Positions 12,851 to 22,718 are shown, numbered from the stretch's first letter. The stretch is DNA of 64,000 nt from Sedimentisphaerales bacterium (GCA_963666285.1 OY762711.1); one strand, 5' to 3'. Notes: generated by a model not told the origin, from the letters alone. Made by a program: numbers and translations.

Positions 12851-12879
12851 AGTATAAACTGAAACATACAAAAGGTCAA
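12851..12879 (-). promoter_or_regulatory. Sigma70-type promoter for purA-uppS-cdsA
   Basis: On the minus strand, TTGACC-17 bp-TATACT. Confidence 0.6.
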
Positions 12880-12906
12880 GAATGTTATCATACGGTTAAT
12901 TCATAT

Positions 12907-13019
12907 TTGACCTTCTGGGGCAACATAGTATAATCCAAATCTTATTAGTACCTTAATAACCGATATTAACGTGCAAATTCAATTTGCAATTTGAAAAACA
13001 AACAAATCATCGTTATAAT
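12907..13019 (+). promoter_or_regulatory. Tandem sigma70-type promoters and palindromic operator candidate upstream of trxB-hslU
   Basis: TTGACC-16-TATAAT (12907-12934), TTGAAA-17-TATAAT (12991-13019), and the perfect inverted repeat TGCAAATT-C-AATTTGCA (12972-12988) between them. Confidence 0.55.
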
Positions 13020-13077
13020 CCGTATATTATTGTAATACAAAAAGACTAAACTATAACTTATTATGAAAGAATGAGAT

Positions 13078-14028
13078 ATGGATACAATTCAAAAAGATCT
13101 GGTTATTGTTGGCGGCGGACCTGCCGGTCTGGCCGCGGCGCTTTACGGCGCTAGAAACAGGTATGATACTGTTGTTATTGAAAAATTCGCTCCTGGCGGT
13201 CAAATAAATCTTACCCATCTTATCGAAAACTACCCCGGTATTGACGCTATCGGTGGCGCAGACATGTCAATGGCTTTATACCAGCAGGCACAAAAATTCA
13301 ATGCTGAAATCGCTATGGGAGTAGAAACAAAGGGATTAAAGAAACTCGATAATGGAAAAATTGAGGTTACTACTTCCGGAAAAACCTATATTGCAAAAGT
13401 TGTCATTCTTGCTCCAGGCAGCAGCTATCGCAAACTCGGTGTTCCAGGGGAAGAGAAATTCACTGGTACCGGTGTCTGCTATTGCGGACCTTGCGATGGT
13501 CCATTCTTCAAGGACAAAGAAGTTATTGCCGTTGGCGGCGGTAATGTCGCTGTTGAAGATGCTATCTTTTTATCAAAATATTGTAAAAAGGTCACACTAG
13601 TTCACCGACGTGACCAATTCAGAGCTGAACCCATACTTGTTGAGGAGCTTCTGGAAAAATCGAAAGAAGGCATCATACACATCAAATATGATTCTGTCGT
13701 TACCGGCATCAACGGAGACAGCAAAGTAGAATCTGCTACTATAAAAAATGTCAAAACTGACCAGGAAGAAGATTACCCTTGTGATGGTGTTTTTGTTTTC
13801 GTTGGTACACTGCCAAATACTGACTTCTTAAAAGGCATTGTTGATCTCGACGATAGCGGATTTATCAAATGCGACCCTGCCGACTTAAGCACTTCCATGC
13901 CGGGAGTATTTGTAGCTGGAGACTGTCGCGTTGGTGCTGCCATGCAGCTTGCTACTGCCATCGGCGATGGTGTCGGTGCAACAATTTATATGAAGCAATA
14001 TTTACAGCAAAACGCTGCTCAATGGTAA
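13078..14028 (+). CDS. trxB: Thioredoxin reductase
   Basis: GGGPAGL FAD motif, CxxCDG redox centre, GGGNVAVE and HRRDQFRA NADPH motifs, GVFVAGD. Confidence 0.93.
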   Translation: MDTIQKDLVIVGGGPAGLAAALYGARNRYDTVVIEKFAPGGQINLTHLIENYPGIDAIGGADMSMALYQQAQKFNAEIAMGVETKGLKKLDNGKIEVTTSGKTYIAKVVILAPGSSYRKLGVPGEEKFTGTGVCYCGPCDGPFFKDKEVIAVGGGNVAVEDAIFLSKYCKKVTLVHRRDQFRAEPILVEELLEKSKEGIIHIKYDSVVTGINGDSKVESATIKNVKTDQEEDYPCDGVFVFVGTLPNTDFLKGIVDLDDSGFIKCDPADLSTSMPGVFVAGDCRVGAAMQLATAIGDGVGATIYMKQYLQQNAAQW

Positions 14029-14082
14029 TATTAAAGATATTTAACTCAATTTAAAACTAAAAGAATATATATAACTAAGAAT

Positions 14083-15459
14083 ATGTACGATAGAGATAAT
14101 TTAACACCCACTGAAATAGTGGCCGAACTGGATAGGTTTATTATTGGTCAAAATGACGCTAAACGTGCTGTTGCCATTGCTATGCGTAACAGGCGGCGAA
14201 GACAACAACTCGGCGAAGATATCAGAAATGAAGTAGCCCCTAAAAATATCATTATGGCCGGCCCTACCGGCGTTGGCAAAACTGAAATTGCTCGAAGACT
14301 TGCAAAACTCGTCAAAGCTCCTTTTGTAAAAGTTGAGGCAACTAAATTTACAGAAGTTGGATACGTTGGCAAAGATGTAGAAAGCATGGTTCGTGATCTT
14401 GTCGAACGATCAATTCGTATCGTCCATGATGAAATGAGCGTTGTTCACGAAGAAAAAGCCGCCGCCGCTGTTGAAGAAATAGTTATTGACAAACTCCTAC
14501 CTGTTCCCGTATCACCAATGGGCAGTTCCGACGAAGAACTTGCCGAGATTGAAGAAAGATACGAGAGAAGCCGCAGCAAACTCCGCGAGCAGCTTAAAAA
14601 CGGTGAACTTGATGACCGTGAAATTGAAATCACTGTCAGTAAAAAATCTGATGCTCCTATTAGTATATTTAGTAATATTGGTATGGACCAGCTTGAACCG
14701 CAGCTGCAGGATATGATCGACAGGATATCTCCTCCTTCAAAAGGATATAAAAAAGTTAAAATTTCCGTTGCCAAAAACATTATCAAACAACAGGAAATGG
14801 AAAAACTTATCGACAGGGAAAAAATGATTGAACAGGCTGTTGAACGTGCTGAACAGACCGGTATTATCTTCCTTGATGAAATTGATAAAGTCTGCTCCAG
14901 CAGTAATCTTGGCGGGGAAGTCTCGCGAGAAGGTGTGCAACGAGATCTATTACCTTTAGTTGAAGGTTGCAGTGTAAACACTAAACATGGTATTGTAAAA
15001 ACTGACCATATTCTTTTTATCGCTGCCGGTGCCTTCAGTAGCAACAAACCTTCTGACCTGATGCCTGAACTGCAGGGAAGGTTCCCTATTCGTGTTAAAC
15101 TCAAAGATCTTGGCGAAGAAGAATTTGCCAGGATATTAACCGAACCGAAAAGCTCTCTTACTACTCAACAGATAGCTCTCCTGCAAACTGAAGGTGTTGA
15201 ATTGGAATTTACTGAATGCGGCATCAAGGAAATGGCTAAAAAAGCCTTTGAAATTAACAGTAACCAGCAAAACATTGGTGCCAGAAGGCTTTACGCTATT
15301 ATGGAAAAAGTACTGGAAGAGGTTAGTTTTAATGCACCTGATAAATGCGAAAATAAATACATAGTCAATGCTGAGTTCGTTAACAATCAGCTCAAAAATG
15401 CTACTGATGATGAAGACTTGAATGTCTTTGGATTTGCTGCTGCTGTTAAAAAACAATAG
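14083..15459 (+). CDS. hslU: HslU (ClpY) AAA+ ATPase subunit
   Basis: LTPTEIVAELDRFIIGQ, GPTGVGKTEIARRLA, KFTEVGYVG, DEIDK, VSREGVQRDLLP, ELQGRFPIRV, NIGARRL. Confidence 0.97.
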   Translation: MYDRDNLTPTEIVAELDRFIIGQNDAKRAVAIAMRNRRRRQQLGEDIRNEVAPKNIIMAGPTGVGKTEIARRLAKLVKAPFVKVEATKFTEVGYVGKDVESMVRDLVERSIRIVHDEMSVVHEEKAAAAVEEIVIDKLLPVPVSPMGSSDEELAEIEERYERSRSKLREQLKNGELDDREIEITVSKKSDAPISIFSNIGMDQLEPQLQDMIDRISPPSKGYKKVKISVAKNIIKQQEMEKLIDREKMIEQAVERAEQTGIIFLDEIDKVCSSSNLGGEVSREGVQRDLLPLVEGCSVNTKHGIVKTDHILFIAAGAFSSNKPSDLMPELQGRFPIRVKLKDLGEEEFARILTEPKSSLTTQQIALLQTEGVELEFTECGIKEMAKKAFEINSNQQNIGARRLYAIMEKVLEEVSFNAPDKCENKYIVNAEFVNNQLKNATDDEDLNVFGFAAAVKKQ

Positions 15460-15504
15460 GATACTCAATGTATCTATTTTGACCATGTTTGGTAATAAGT
15501 AAAA

Positions 15505-16284
15505 ATGAATACTCAGTCTGACAAATTAGTTTACACTATTAAACAGCAGCTTGAATGCGAAAAGTTGCTGGGTGGAAAGTGGTTGCCAAAAGGTAACCCC
15601 AGAGATATTGATATTCCCGCCAATACAAATCCTCAGGATTCTGACACCTTAAACTTTATGACACCACAAGCCGAAGAAATAATGAACAAATCTCAAAAAC
15701 TTAAAAAAATTGCCGCAGAAGTATCTCAATGCAAAGCTTGCGAACTTCACGTTAACCGTACAAACGTTGTCCCTGGTGAAGGAAACGCAAATGCAAGGCT
15801 GGTATTTGTCGGTGAAGCACCCGGACAAAATGAAGATGAGCAGGGCCGACCATTCGTCGGAAGAGCGGGACAATTGCTGGAAAACATCATCCAGGCAATG
15901 GGATTAAAACGTACTGATGTTTATATTTGCAATATTTTAAAATGCCGCCCACCTGGCAACAGGGACCCGCTCATAGGCGAAGTTGAAGCTTGTAAACATT
16001 TTCTTTACGACCAGTTAAATACCTTAAAACCGGAAATCATCGTTGCGCTAGGCACACACGCTGCTCATAACCTCCTGGAAACTAAAACCCCTATAGGCCA
16101 ACTGAGGGGTTCTACCCATATTTACCACCCTGAAGGACTTAATGAACCTATCAAACTGGTAGCTACATACCATCCGGCATATTTATTAAGAAACTACACA
16201 AAAGATGCTCGACAAAAGGTTTGGACTGATATGCAATTAGTTCTAAAAGAATTAAATTTACCAATTCCTAAAAAAAGTTCTTAA
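15505..16284 (+). CDS. Uracil-DNA glycosylase family 4 (Fe-S)
   Basis: CKAC, GEAPG, GRPFVGRAG, KCRPPGNR, TYHPAYLLR. Confidence 0.93.
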   Translation: MNTQSDKLVYTIKQQLECEKLLGGKWLPKGNPRDIDIPANTNPQDSDTLNFMTPQAEEIMNKSQKLKKIAAEVSQCKACELHVNRTNVVPGEGNANARLVFVGEAPGQNEDEQGRPFVGRAGQLLENIIQAMGLKRTDVYICNILKCRPPGNRDPLIGEVEACKHFLYDQLNTLKPEIIVALGTHAAHNLLETKTPIGQLRGSTHIYHPEGLNEPIKLVATYHPAYLLRNYTKDARQKVWTDMQLVLKELNLPIPKKSS

Positions 16285-16351
16285 CAAATCAGGTTTTTTT
16301 GTATATGATAATTTCTCTGGGAATAACCACAAAGATAATAAAGATACAGCT

Positions 16352-17512
16352 ATGCAAGAATTTGATTTTAGTATTATTAGGCATATTCGCCAGAAAAAAG
16401 GTATTAGTCAGGAGCATTTAGCTAATCAATGCGGTGTTTCAGTGCGTACGGTAATAAATGTTGAGCAGGGAAAGATTTCCCCTTCTCTCAATTCTATTAT
16501 TTATATGACTCAAGCACTCGACCTGAAACTTACTGATTTTATCAGGATGTCATATCAGGTTCCTCCCAGGATTATTAAATCTGAAAACGTTTCATACTCT
16601 TCTGTTCCAGGCATTGGCTTCAATCTTTTCGAATTTCAGGGGCTTTATCTTCTTCATATTAACCTCGACCCTCGAGAGGCAAAGATATCTAACAGATTCC
16701 CTCTATTTGACATTTATTTTCACTATATCGAAGGCGAAGAACTTGACTTTACTATTGATGGGGTCCTGCATAAACTCAATCCAGGCGATACTGTCTGTTA
16801 TGACGGTATGAGCTATAGAAATATTGCATGTAATACTCCTGGAAAAGCCATTGCTTTTGCCATTCCTCAAAATAACAATATTCAAGAAATTATTGGCATA
16901 AGCGATAAAAAACGATTATTGCAATTTATGGCTAAGCAGTACAAAGTGAATGAAACTCTTGAATCTGGCATGGATTTCTCCGTTATAAAAGTAATTCGCC
17001 AGGCACAAAAAATCAAACTTGAAACTCTTTCTGAACTTTCTGGTATTTCTATTCCTGCGATTTCTTCTATTGAACTTAATAAGAGAACTCCAACCTTATC
17101 CTCTTTATCTATGTTGGCCAAGGCTCTTAATGTTCGGTTAGACGATTTAATGGATTTCGCTTGGCACAAACCCGTAGAAAAGACTAGTCTCATTGATGTT
17201 CCGGAACCTGATAAATCTGAAATTGCAAAATCTGACCTGGTTTTTAACTTCACTGAAATCCATGGCATGCAATTGGCACACATAAGGAATACAAGCAAGG
17301 ATAATATTGCAACCTACCACGAAAAGACTCCTCTCATGGAGTCTCTTGTTACTGTCATTTCAGGTGAACTTACAACTCAAATCAATGGACAGGAATTTAC
17401 CTATAAAGATGGAGAAGGCCTGATTTTTGATGGAAATTTCGACAGAACTCAGGTTTGCTCACCTGGATTTGAAGGTTTTGCCATCAGGATTCCTAAAAGC
17501 ATACTTCGCTAG
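16352..17512 (+). CDS. Transcriptional regulator with two tandem XRE-HTH + cupin-like units
   Basis: HTH1 IRQKKGISQEHLA..VSVRTVINVEQG; HTH2 IRQAQKIKLETLSELSGISIPAISSIELN; each is followed by a cupin-like barrel (LNPGDTVCYDG / YKDGEGLIFDG). Confidence 0.8.
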   Translation: MQEFDFSIIRHIRQKKGISQEHLANQCGVSVRTVINVEQGKISPSLNSIIYMTQALDLKLTDFIRMSYQVPPRIIKSENVSYSSVPGIGFNLFEFQGLYLLHINLDPREAKISNRFPLFDIYFHYIEGEELDFTIDGVLHKLNPGDTVCYDGMSYRNIACNTPGKAIAFAIPQNNNIQEIIGISDKKRLLQFMAKQYKVNETLESGMDFSVIKVIRQAQKIKLETLSELSGISIPAISSIELNKRTPTLSSLSMLAKALNVRLDDLMDFAWHKPVEKTSLIDVPEPDKSEIAKSDLVFNFTEIHGMQLAHIRNTSKDNIATYHEKTPLMESLVTVISGELTTQINGQEFTYKDGEGLIFDGNFDRTQVCSPGFEGFAIRIPKSILR

Positions 17513-18705
17513 CCCAGGGATTCCAGCATTTTCAAATAACTTTCATAACGTCTGGCTAAAACATTATTAGCTGGTAAGGCAGCTTTTACTGCGCAGCCCG
17601 GTTCATGGGTATGAGTACAATTTGAATATTTGCAACTATCAGCAAACTGATCAAATTCATCAAAATACCAGCGGAGTTCCGAAGGTTCCATTTTCCATAA
17701 ACCAAAACCTCGGACTCCTGGCGTATCGATTATTGTTATGTCACCCGGTAAATGATATAGGTTGCTCCGAACCGTTGTGTGACGCCCTTTGCCGGTTGCT
17801 CTTTGAACTGTCCTGGTTTCTATCCCAAGTGCTGGATCGATAGCATTCAGAATAGAACTTTTGCCTACTCCGCTATGACCTACAAATACTGCCGGTTTGC
17901 CATATAGATGCTCTTTTAGCCTTTCAATATTCAGACCTGACTCAGCAGAACACTTTACGATATCAATACCTAACCGTCTGTATGCCTCAAGAGCTTCATC
18001 AATGCACATAACCTCTTCATCATTTTCTACCAGATCTATTTTATTCACACAGATCAATGGCTCAATTCCGCCTCGATTGATCGCCAGAAGGTACCTGTCT
18101 ATCAGGTTCGGATTGAGTGGAGGTGTATGTACTGAAGCTACAATTACCACAATATCAATATTTGTTACGATGACTCTTTCTAATCGCCTGTCATGCGGGT
18201 CGGGACGGCTCAAAACAGAATGTCGGGGCTCTACAGACTCGACTATATTTATTCCGTCAGAATTAACAGAGTACCTAATCCTGTCACCAACCGCAAGGTC
18301 ACTCTTTTGAGCCATTGCCAGTTCAGGCCTCAGCAGGCACTTCAAACGCTTATCCTGGTCTGTTACTATACTGCACTCACCTGCTTTTACTGTAATTACA
18401 ATACCCGGATGTGTCTCTTGGGCGGCATCGGTATTAGCCTCTTTTTTATCAAAATCCTCTTCGGCTAGAAGCTTCAATACCCAGTCTTCTAGCGAAACCG
18501 GCCCTTTAGACTTTAGCTTTTCTAAGCCGCCATCAATATGCTTTTTACCCTCGCGAAAACCTTTTGTTAAATCACCCCGGTTCTTACGATTTTGAGTTGC
18601 TGCGGCTTTACGTTTGCGGGCGGCCTGTTTATATAAACGTTGACGATCCGCCGGACTCAACGCATTCAGCTTTTCCTCTAATTTCTTTTTATCACTTTTG
18701 CGCAT
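17509..18705 (-). CDS. rsgA: Ribosome small subunit-dependent GTPase A with a basic N-terminal extension
   Basis: Circularly permuted G motifs NKID, GHSGVGKSS, GRHTT, DTPG; C-terminal CKYSNCTHTHEPGC zinc finger. Confidence 0.96.
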   Translation of the reverse strand: MRKSDKKKLEEKLNALSPADRQRLYKQAARKRKAAATQNRKNRGDLTKGFREGKKHIDGGLEKLKSKGPVSLEDWVLKLLAEEDFDKKEANTDAAQETHPGIVITVKAGECSIVTDQDKRLKCLLRPELAMAQKSDLAVGDRIRYSVNSDGINIVESVEPRHSVLSRPDPHDRRLERVIVTNIDIVVIVASVHTPPLNPNLIDRYLLAINRGGIEPLICVNKIDLVENDEEVMCIDEALEAYRRLGIDIVKCSAESGLNIERLKEHLYGKPAVFVGHSGVGKSSILNAIDPALGIETRTVQRATGKGRHTTVRSNLYHLPGDITIIDTPGVRGFGLWKMEPSELRWYFDEFDQFADSCKYSNCTHTHEPGCAVKAALPANNVLARRYESYLKMLESLG

Positions 18706-18707
18706 AT

Positions 18708-20312
18708 CTAGGTTCTTGTCAAACCTCTATATAAAAACAGGTTCAATATTGTAACAAGACCAATCCCGGACCACATAAATATCAAACCGCCTGATAGATC
18801 ACTGCTGTTTTCTGCTATATGCTTGCCGGTAAACAAAGTTATCAAACAAAAAGCTGCCGGCACAAAACTTATTCCAAACGCTGTCAGTAAATGCCCGCTC
18901 TTAAAGACAATCCCCAGTGCTGTCCCCATTATCGTTAAAACAATACAGCTTACTCCAAAAGCCAGGCGTGAATGTTTTTCCGCTGCTATTTCAATCAACA
19001 GGCTATTACATTTATCATGCAGTCTCTTGGCATTCTTAACCAGTTTTTCTGAAACAAATTCAGGCAGCACCGGCTTATCGATAAAATCATTTACACTTAT
19101 TTGACTCGATTGCTGAATAACCTGTTTTGGCATGTTAATTTCAGTTATTTGGAAGCTTTCATACAGTATTGGGATATCGCCTGAGTTGGGTCTTACTGCA
19201 TTCACCATATCCAGTACTATCTGCGTAGAAAACTCACCATATTTCAAGTATGCCTTTTCGCAAACATAACTCTTTCTGCGAGTTTGATCTGTTGGATCAT
19301 AATATACAACCTTGATTTCACCGTTAGTAGAAAACAACTCTGCACTGTAAGTACTTTTCTTTTGATTCATTTCCGGCACAATACAGCCCGTCGCCGTTAT
19401 GCTTACGATATAACCATTTTTACACGTAAATGAAATGATTCCTTTCTCTGACAATATTTGATTTGAATAGTCAAACATGCTTTCCAGGGTCAATTGATCT
19501 AGTACTTCTTTATATTCCTGCCTTATCGGGCTGAATGACATCAAATTAGAACTGATTTCTTTTAACTCATCGAGATTCTTGAATTTTATCTTATCTCTGA
19601 ATACTGTTGGTATTGGATATGACGGCTCAGAATCTCCAAACCGACCGAAACACTCATCTACCAGAGCCTTGGCTTCCAACAGTTTCATTCGCATGTAGTT
19701 ATCACCGGTTAACGGGTCTTTTTCAACCTTTAACCTCACACTCTTTGCAGTGAATACTGTCTCAACCTTATCCTTATCTGTTACCAGCAAAGTAACTCCT
19801 CGTAGCAAATTTTCTTCCGGTTGAACATAATCAGCTTGGATCACTAATCCGGGAAACATATTTGAAAGATGACCGTTTTTCTCGATACCGCGAAATATCA
19901 TCGCTTCGGCATCTTCTGATATGATATTCTCAAAGCGAGAAATAAAATATGGTATCGTATGAAATCCCAGTAAAAGACTTGCCAGTCCTATCAAAAGCGC
20001 CAGGGTACCGGCTGGATATATTAATGATACAACACTTATTCCACTACTGCGACAGGCATTAATCTCATTATCAAATGCCAGACGCCCATAAGTCAGGGTG
20101 GTTGCCAGAAGTGCAGCTATTGGCAGCACCATCGTTATTGTTATCGGCATTGTATAAGCGACTAGCTGTGGGACCTTCATTGGGTCGATATTGTAACTTC
20201 GTAATGGTTTCAGCATCATGCCTAAACCCATAACCAGCGACAATACTATCAATGCTAGAAAAAACTTTTTGATCAGGTCAAAAAATATATATCTGTGTAA
20301 TGTAAATACCAT
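18708..20312 (-). CDS. LptF/LptG family LPS export permease
   Basis: TLHRYIF start, three N-terminal TMs with LAFDNEINACRSSGIS, large periplasmic domain, three C-terminal TMs after HSRLAF. Confidence 0.88.
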   Translation of the reverse strand: MVFTLHRYIFFDLIKKFFLALIVLSLVMGLGMMLKPLRSYNIDPMKVPQLVAYTMPITITMVLPIAALLATTLTYGRLAFDNEINACRSSGISVVSLIYPAGTLALLIGLASLLLGFHTIPYFISRFENIISEDAEAMIFRGIEKNGHLSNMFPGLVIQADYVQPEENLLRGVTLLVTDKDKVETVFTAKSVRLKVEKDPLTGDNYMRMKLLEAKALVDECFGRFGDSEPSYPIPTVFRDKIKFKNLDELKEISSNLMSFSPIRQEYKEVLDQLTLESMFDYSNQILSEKGIISFTCKNGYIVSITATGCIVPEMNQKKSTYSAELFSTNGEIKVVYYDPTDQTRRKSYVCEKAYLKYGEFSTQIVLDMVNAVRPNSGDIPILYESFQITEINMPKQVIQQSSQISVNDFIDKPVLPEFVSEKLVKNAKRLHDKCNSLLIEIAAEKHSRLAFGVSCIVLTIMGTALGIVFKSGHLLTAFGISFVPAAFCLITLFTGKHIAENSSDLSGGLIFMWSGIGLVTILNLFLYRGLTRT

Positions 20313-20587
20313 CTATTATTCTAATTATCCAAATTTCTAATAATTATGTTACACCATTCCTATGGTGTCAACTTCTTTTATTTCAAACATTTAAACTAAA
20401 ATCTCAGCAAATGTCAATCATTATTATTAAGTGACTAATATCTAAAATTAGTATATTCACAGCATTTAATCTTATAATTCCCCCCCAAAACTGTTATTTT
20501 GGCAAAGGACGGTTTTATTAATTTGACGATCAATGGTAAATATACTCTAATTAGATAGAGTTTCCATTGGTCACAATAATTCTTATT

Positions 20588-21373
20588 ATGAGCAGACTGA
20601 ATTATATCCTTAATCATGCCATATTTCATTTTGGCGAATTACTTTACCCGCCAGTATGCGCTTCATGCAATTGCAGGATTGTGAGAACAGATGATACTCT
20701 ATGCCCGAACTGCTGGAATACCCTTAGAAATGCCATCCTATCGCCGGCATGCCCTAATTGTGGCAAATCTACTTCTCAATATGAAATTTTCAATGGAAAA
20801 TGCCATAACTGCCAGGATACCAATTCAAAACTGGATTACCTGGTCAGGGTGGGAAATTATCATGGCGCACTCAAAAACCTTGTCTTATCATTAAAATACC
20901 ATCACCAGAGCAGGCTTGACAAATTCCTGGGTAAACTTGCTGCTGATGCTGCTATGGCTCGTAATGAGACAAGACATATCGATTTTCTGGTGCCTATCCC
21001 CCTGCATTGGCGTAGAAAACTTATTCGGGGATATAATCAAAGTGAAATTATCGCTGTTCAAATTTCTAATTTCCTTAAAAAAGCCGGACTTTATATCCCG
21101 ATTAGAAACGACTTGGTTCGTATAAGAAACACTCCTCCCCAAACAACTCTTCCGGCAGGTCAACGCAAACAAAACCTCAATGGTGCTTTCGCTGTTAGGC
21201 AGGATGCCCCATTCAAAAATAAAAATATCTGTCTGATCGATGATGTTACAACCACCGGCACAACACTTAATACTGCCGCAAAAGTACTAAAAGATTTCGG
21301 TGCTGACTCTGTTTCGGCTATCGTTATAATTGTCCCCGATACTACTACAAACTCTTCTCAGAATACTTTGTAA
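20588..21373 (+). CDS. ComF family protein (double zinc ribbon + phosphoribosyltransferase domain)
   Basis: Four CxxC pairs, VPIPLH..RGYNQ, LIDDVTTTGTT. ATG 20588 preferred; the ORF track uses TTG 20567. Confidence 0.9.
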   Translation: MSRLNYILNHAIFHFGELLYPPVCASCNCRIVRTDDTLCPNCWNTLRNAILSPACPNCGKSTSQYEIFNGKCHNCQDTNSKLDYLVRVGNYHGALKNLVLSLKYHHQSRLDKFLGKLAADAAMARNETRHIDFLVPIPLHWRRKLIRGYNQSEIIAVQISNFLKKAGLYIPIRNDLVRIRNTPPQTTLPAGQRKQNLNGAFAVRQDAPFKNKNICLIDDVTTTGTTLNTAAKVLKDFGADSVSAIVIIVPDTTTNSSQNTL

Positions 21374-21439
21374 TCATTTATTAAAACTGCCCGCACCCTG
21401 CGTTTGAGCAATAGATTGGCCGGAATACTAGGATTATAC

Positions 21440-21474
21440 AAAAACAGGCCCATAGCACGTCAGCACTATGGGCC
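21440..21474 (-). terminator. Intrinsic terminator after rnfB
   Basis: GGCCCATAG/CTATGGGCC 9-bp stem followed by TGTTTTT on the minus strand. Confidence 0.7.
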
Positions 21475-21518
21475 ATTCCTTTATTCCACATCCTAATGAA
21501 GTCTTCATAGGATTATTT

Positions 21519-22406
21519 TCAAATAGTTACCCCAACTTCTTCTGGCTCTGAAACTGGCTTTACATTTTTACCAACATAAACTAGCAGAGCTCGTGGGCAT
21601 TTTTCAACACCTTTTTCTCGTGACTCTTCATCACCATAACTTTCATAATTAATTACTGGCAGGTTATTTTTCATCACAAACGTATCTGGTGCAAATTTCG
21701 CACATAATCCGCATGCTACACAACCTACCTGGCAGTATTCTTTTACATCTTTTACTCTATCCAGCGTAGAACAGCCGACAACTACCAGCGGATCTGAAAC
21801 CATAGGTACAAGTTCAATCAATTTCCTTGGGCAGGTATCTACGCAGGCTCCACAACCAACACACTTTTCATAATCTACTACTGCTAACCCGTCTTCTACT
21901 CGCAAAGCATCAAACTCACAGGCATTTGCACAATCTCCATAACCTATGCATCCATATGGACATCCAATAGGTCCAGGAATCATCTGTGCCTCAGAGCAGG
22001 TATGTGGCCCATTATAGTTAACCCTTTCAATCTGGTCTTTCCGATGTGCACTGCAATGAATAACAGCTCGAATCGGGGCTTGTGCTTCTGCTTCGATTCC
22101 CAATATAGCAGCTATTTCATGAACCAGGTTTTCGCCTCCAGGGCCACATTTACCGAGCAGACCATGATCATTTACTATCTCTTCTGCATAGGCTCCGCAA
22201 CCTGCTAATCCGCAACCGCCGCAATTGGCGCCGGGCAATATATTCTCTATCGCTTCAACTGTGGGATCTTTTTCAACTTTTAGCTTATTCCAGGCTATTG
22301 TCAAAATTACTACAAATACTAGCCCGATCACCAACAACACAAGACCGGCTTTGACCGATAATGCATAATCTATTGAGGATGCCAAAATGAGTAAATTATT
22401 TATCAT
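21519..22406 (-). CDS. rnfB: Rnf electron transport complex subunit B
   Basis: N-terminal TM, LPGANCGGCGLAGC..CGPGG Fe-S domain, several CxxCxxCxxxCP ferredoxin motifs. Confidence 0.9.
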   Translation of the reverse strand: MINNLLILASSIDYALSVKAGLVLLVIGLVFVVILTIAWNKLKVEKDPTVEAIENILPGANCGGCGLAGCGAYAEEIVNDHGLLGKCGPGGENLVHEIAAILGIEAEAQAPIRAVIHCSAHRKDQIERVNYNGPHTCSEAQMIPGPIGCPYGCIGYGDCANACEFDALRVEDGLAVVDYEKCVGCGACVDTCPRKLIELVPMVSDPLVVVGCSTLDRVKDVKEYCQVGCVACGLCAKFAPDTFVMKNNLPVINYESYGDEESREKGVEKCPRALLVYVGKNVKPVSEPEEVGVTI

Positions 22407-22531
22407 ATTTATTTCTTAATTTCTGCTGGGTTATCAATAACCTTAAAGTTTTATAAATAATAAATTTGTATAATACATACACTCTATTTGAACGTCAAGC
22501 AGAAATTGACGAACCATTTTTTACCAAATTG

Positions 22532-22718
22532 TTGCTCATTTGCGATTTCTTATGCTATACTTTAAATAGAACTGCGTACTACTATGCTTAATATAATGTA
22601 ACTATGCTTTTAAGCAGTTTGTCTGTTTTGGACATAACTGTTAAGACAAGTCCGCATAGTTGTACGCAATGCCGGAACAGGCGAAATGCTGGCATAACGC
22701 ATACAGGAGGGTCTCGTA
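22532..22718 (+). promoter_or_regulatory. Promoter and strongly structured 5' leader of a small-protein gene (candidate cis-regulatory RNA)
   Basis: TTGCTC-18-TATACT with extended TG; stems 22573-22587/22654-22668 (14 of 15 pairs), 22610-22623/22631-22644 and 22669-22675/22689-22695; AGGAGG RBS. Confidence 0.5.

Noticed and set aside
14445..15104. 219-aa antisense ORF
   Set aside because: Shadow of hslU; Ser/Ile-rich with no motif or RBS.
22570..22700. 6S RNA or a known riboswitch
   Set aside because: The hairpin is only about 100 nt and I could not match the conserved motifs of any known class by eye; kept only as an unknown structured leader.
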